Assembly: GCF_004010195.1 (NCBI RefSeq)
Contig: NC_057749.1
Coordinates: 22,092,045-22,156,044 of the forward strand
DNA length: 64,000 bases
Source of the DNA: Chiloscyllium plagiosum
Taxonomy: Eukaryota
Direction of reading: 5' to 3'
Under the pieces are notes generated by a model. That model was not told the origin of the DNA. It did no database searches and was given only the letters and a program-made list of their open reading frames with translations. A program made the translations under genes and the position numbers. Position 1 is the first letter of the stretch, and each line of letters begins with the position of its first letter. Shown here one piece after another: positions 62,879-64,000 of the stretch.

Positions 62879-63636
62879 GTTCAAACTCTATGGCTCCCTA
62901 TACATGAACCCTAATCTCATAAAGTTGTTTTTTGCAGGAATCACTTCCCATTCACTTGCTTTTCCATATTAAATCTTTCCTCCCTTGTCTCGCAAATGCC
63001 CGAGATGTTTAGCACAATGGTGATTAATATCACTTTAGTGATTTAATGTGAAGACTTGGATGTAACAGCTCTCTTTCTGAAGCAGAAAGATTTGTTAGGG
63101 AGTGACAGTAAATTAAAACTGAAGAAACATGGTTTTAAAATGCCTCACATGTTAAATGACTCGTGCTTTTGTCAGGAGAGAAAGGTCAGCTCATTCGCTG
63201 CGGTTATAATCCCCCTGAGACCTCCACTATATTTACTCAGTGTTCGGATTACGGCTGTGAGGGAAATGTTCATTTTCCGACAAGGATACTGCCACTCACA
63301 AGGATAGGGTCCCACTCAAAGTAATGGGAAGCTCAGGATGCAAAGTCATTCCAGTCTAACCCACTGAGGCTGACATGTAGTGAACCAGCAGCCTCAGTCA
63401 AATAACATCGACTCATTGTGTACAGACTGCTCTCTCACCATTGCACAGCAGCAAGAGCATTCAAAGGTCAATGGACCTGCTTATGTGTCCTGTGAAACAT
63501 TTTATAAATTCATCAATAGGAATTCAGTGACAGCTGAGTTAAATATTTGGATTGTTATGGGAAAGTCAATTGTCACTCTCAAACAATTACTGTCTGGAGA
63601 GGGAATCCTGGCCCAGCCTGCACACAGAGCCTTAAA

Positions 63637-64000
63637 ATACACATGTGCACACACTCACTCACACACACGCGTACAAACACACACTTACACACATACACAC
63701 ATGCACAAACAGACACATACTCTCACACACATACACATGCATAGACACACACACACACTCACTCACACGCATTCTCCCTNNNNNNNNNNNNNNNNNNNNN
63801 NNNNCACACATGCACATTCTCACACACACCCTGTACACAGAGACCTACACACACACAACACACTCACAAAAACACGTATACACTCAACACACTTTCACAC
63901 TGATACAAACATAAACAACATCCTCACACAAACACACACACACCCTCGCACACACCCTCACACACATCCTTACACACACAGCCTGCACACCCACTCACAC
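63637..64000. repeat. (CA)-rich microsatellite containing a gap (63780-63804)
   Basis: Composition. Confidence 0.95.

Noticed and set aside
63176..63324. Possible terminal exon (EKGQLIRCGYNPPETS...)
   Set aside because: Short and unrecognised, with no supporting gene structure.

Overview
Repeat-dense, gene-poor vertebrate DNA with three assembly gaps. The many HE1-type V-SINEs and CR1/HER1-type LINEs point to an elasmobranch, probably a shark (inference). I found no convincing host protein-coding exon: the long ORFs are either products of tandem arrays or broken retroelement frames. Contents: a >4 kb 21-bp minisatellite; CR1 LINEs, one with a near-complete but disrupted ORF2; a decayed Gypsy element; two solo LTRs with nested insertions; Tx1/L1, Rex1/Babar and RTE fragments; several SINE families; and many short Penelope-like (PLE) derivatives. 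Most notable: (1) the PLE derivatives carry minimal hammerhead-ribozyme motifs, and some are hairpin-shaped with 13-15 bp TSDs; (2) four 0.46-0.86 kb near-identical local duplications, three of them involving PLE pieces; (3) two short inverted copies of nearby sequence that look like templated insertions; (4) a putative non-autonomous retroposon family with a Rex1-type tail that carries GC-rich minisatellites internally. All family names come from motif recognition by eye, and many boundaries are approximate.
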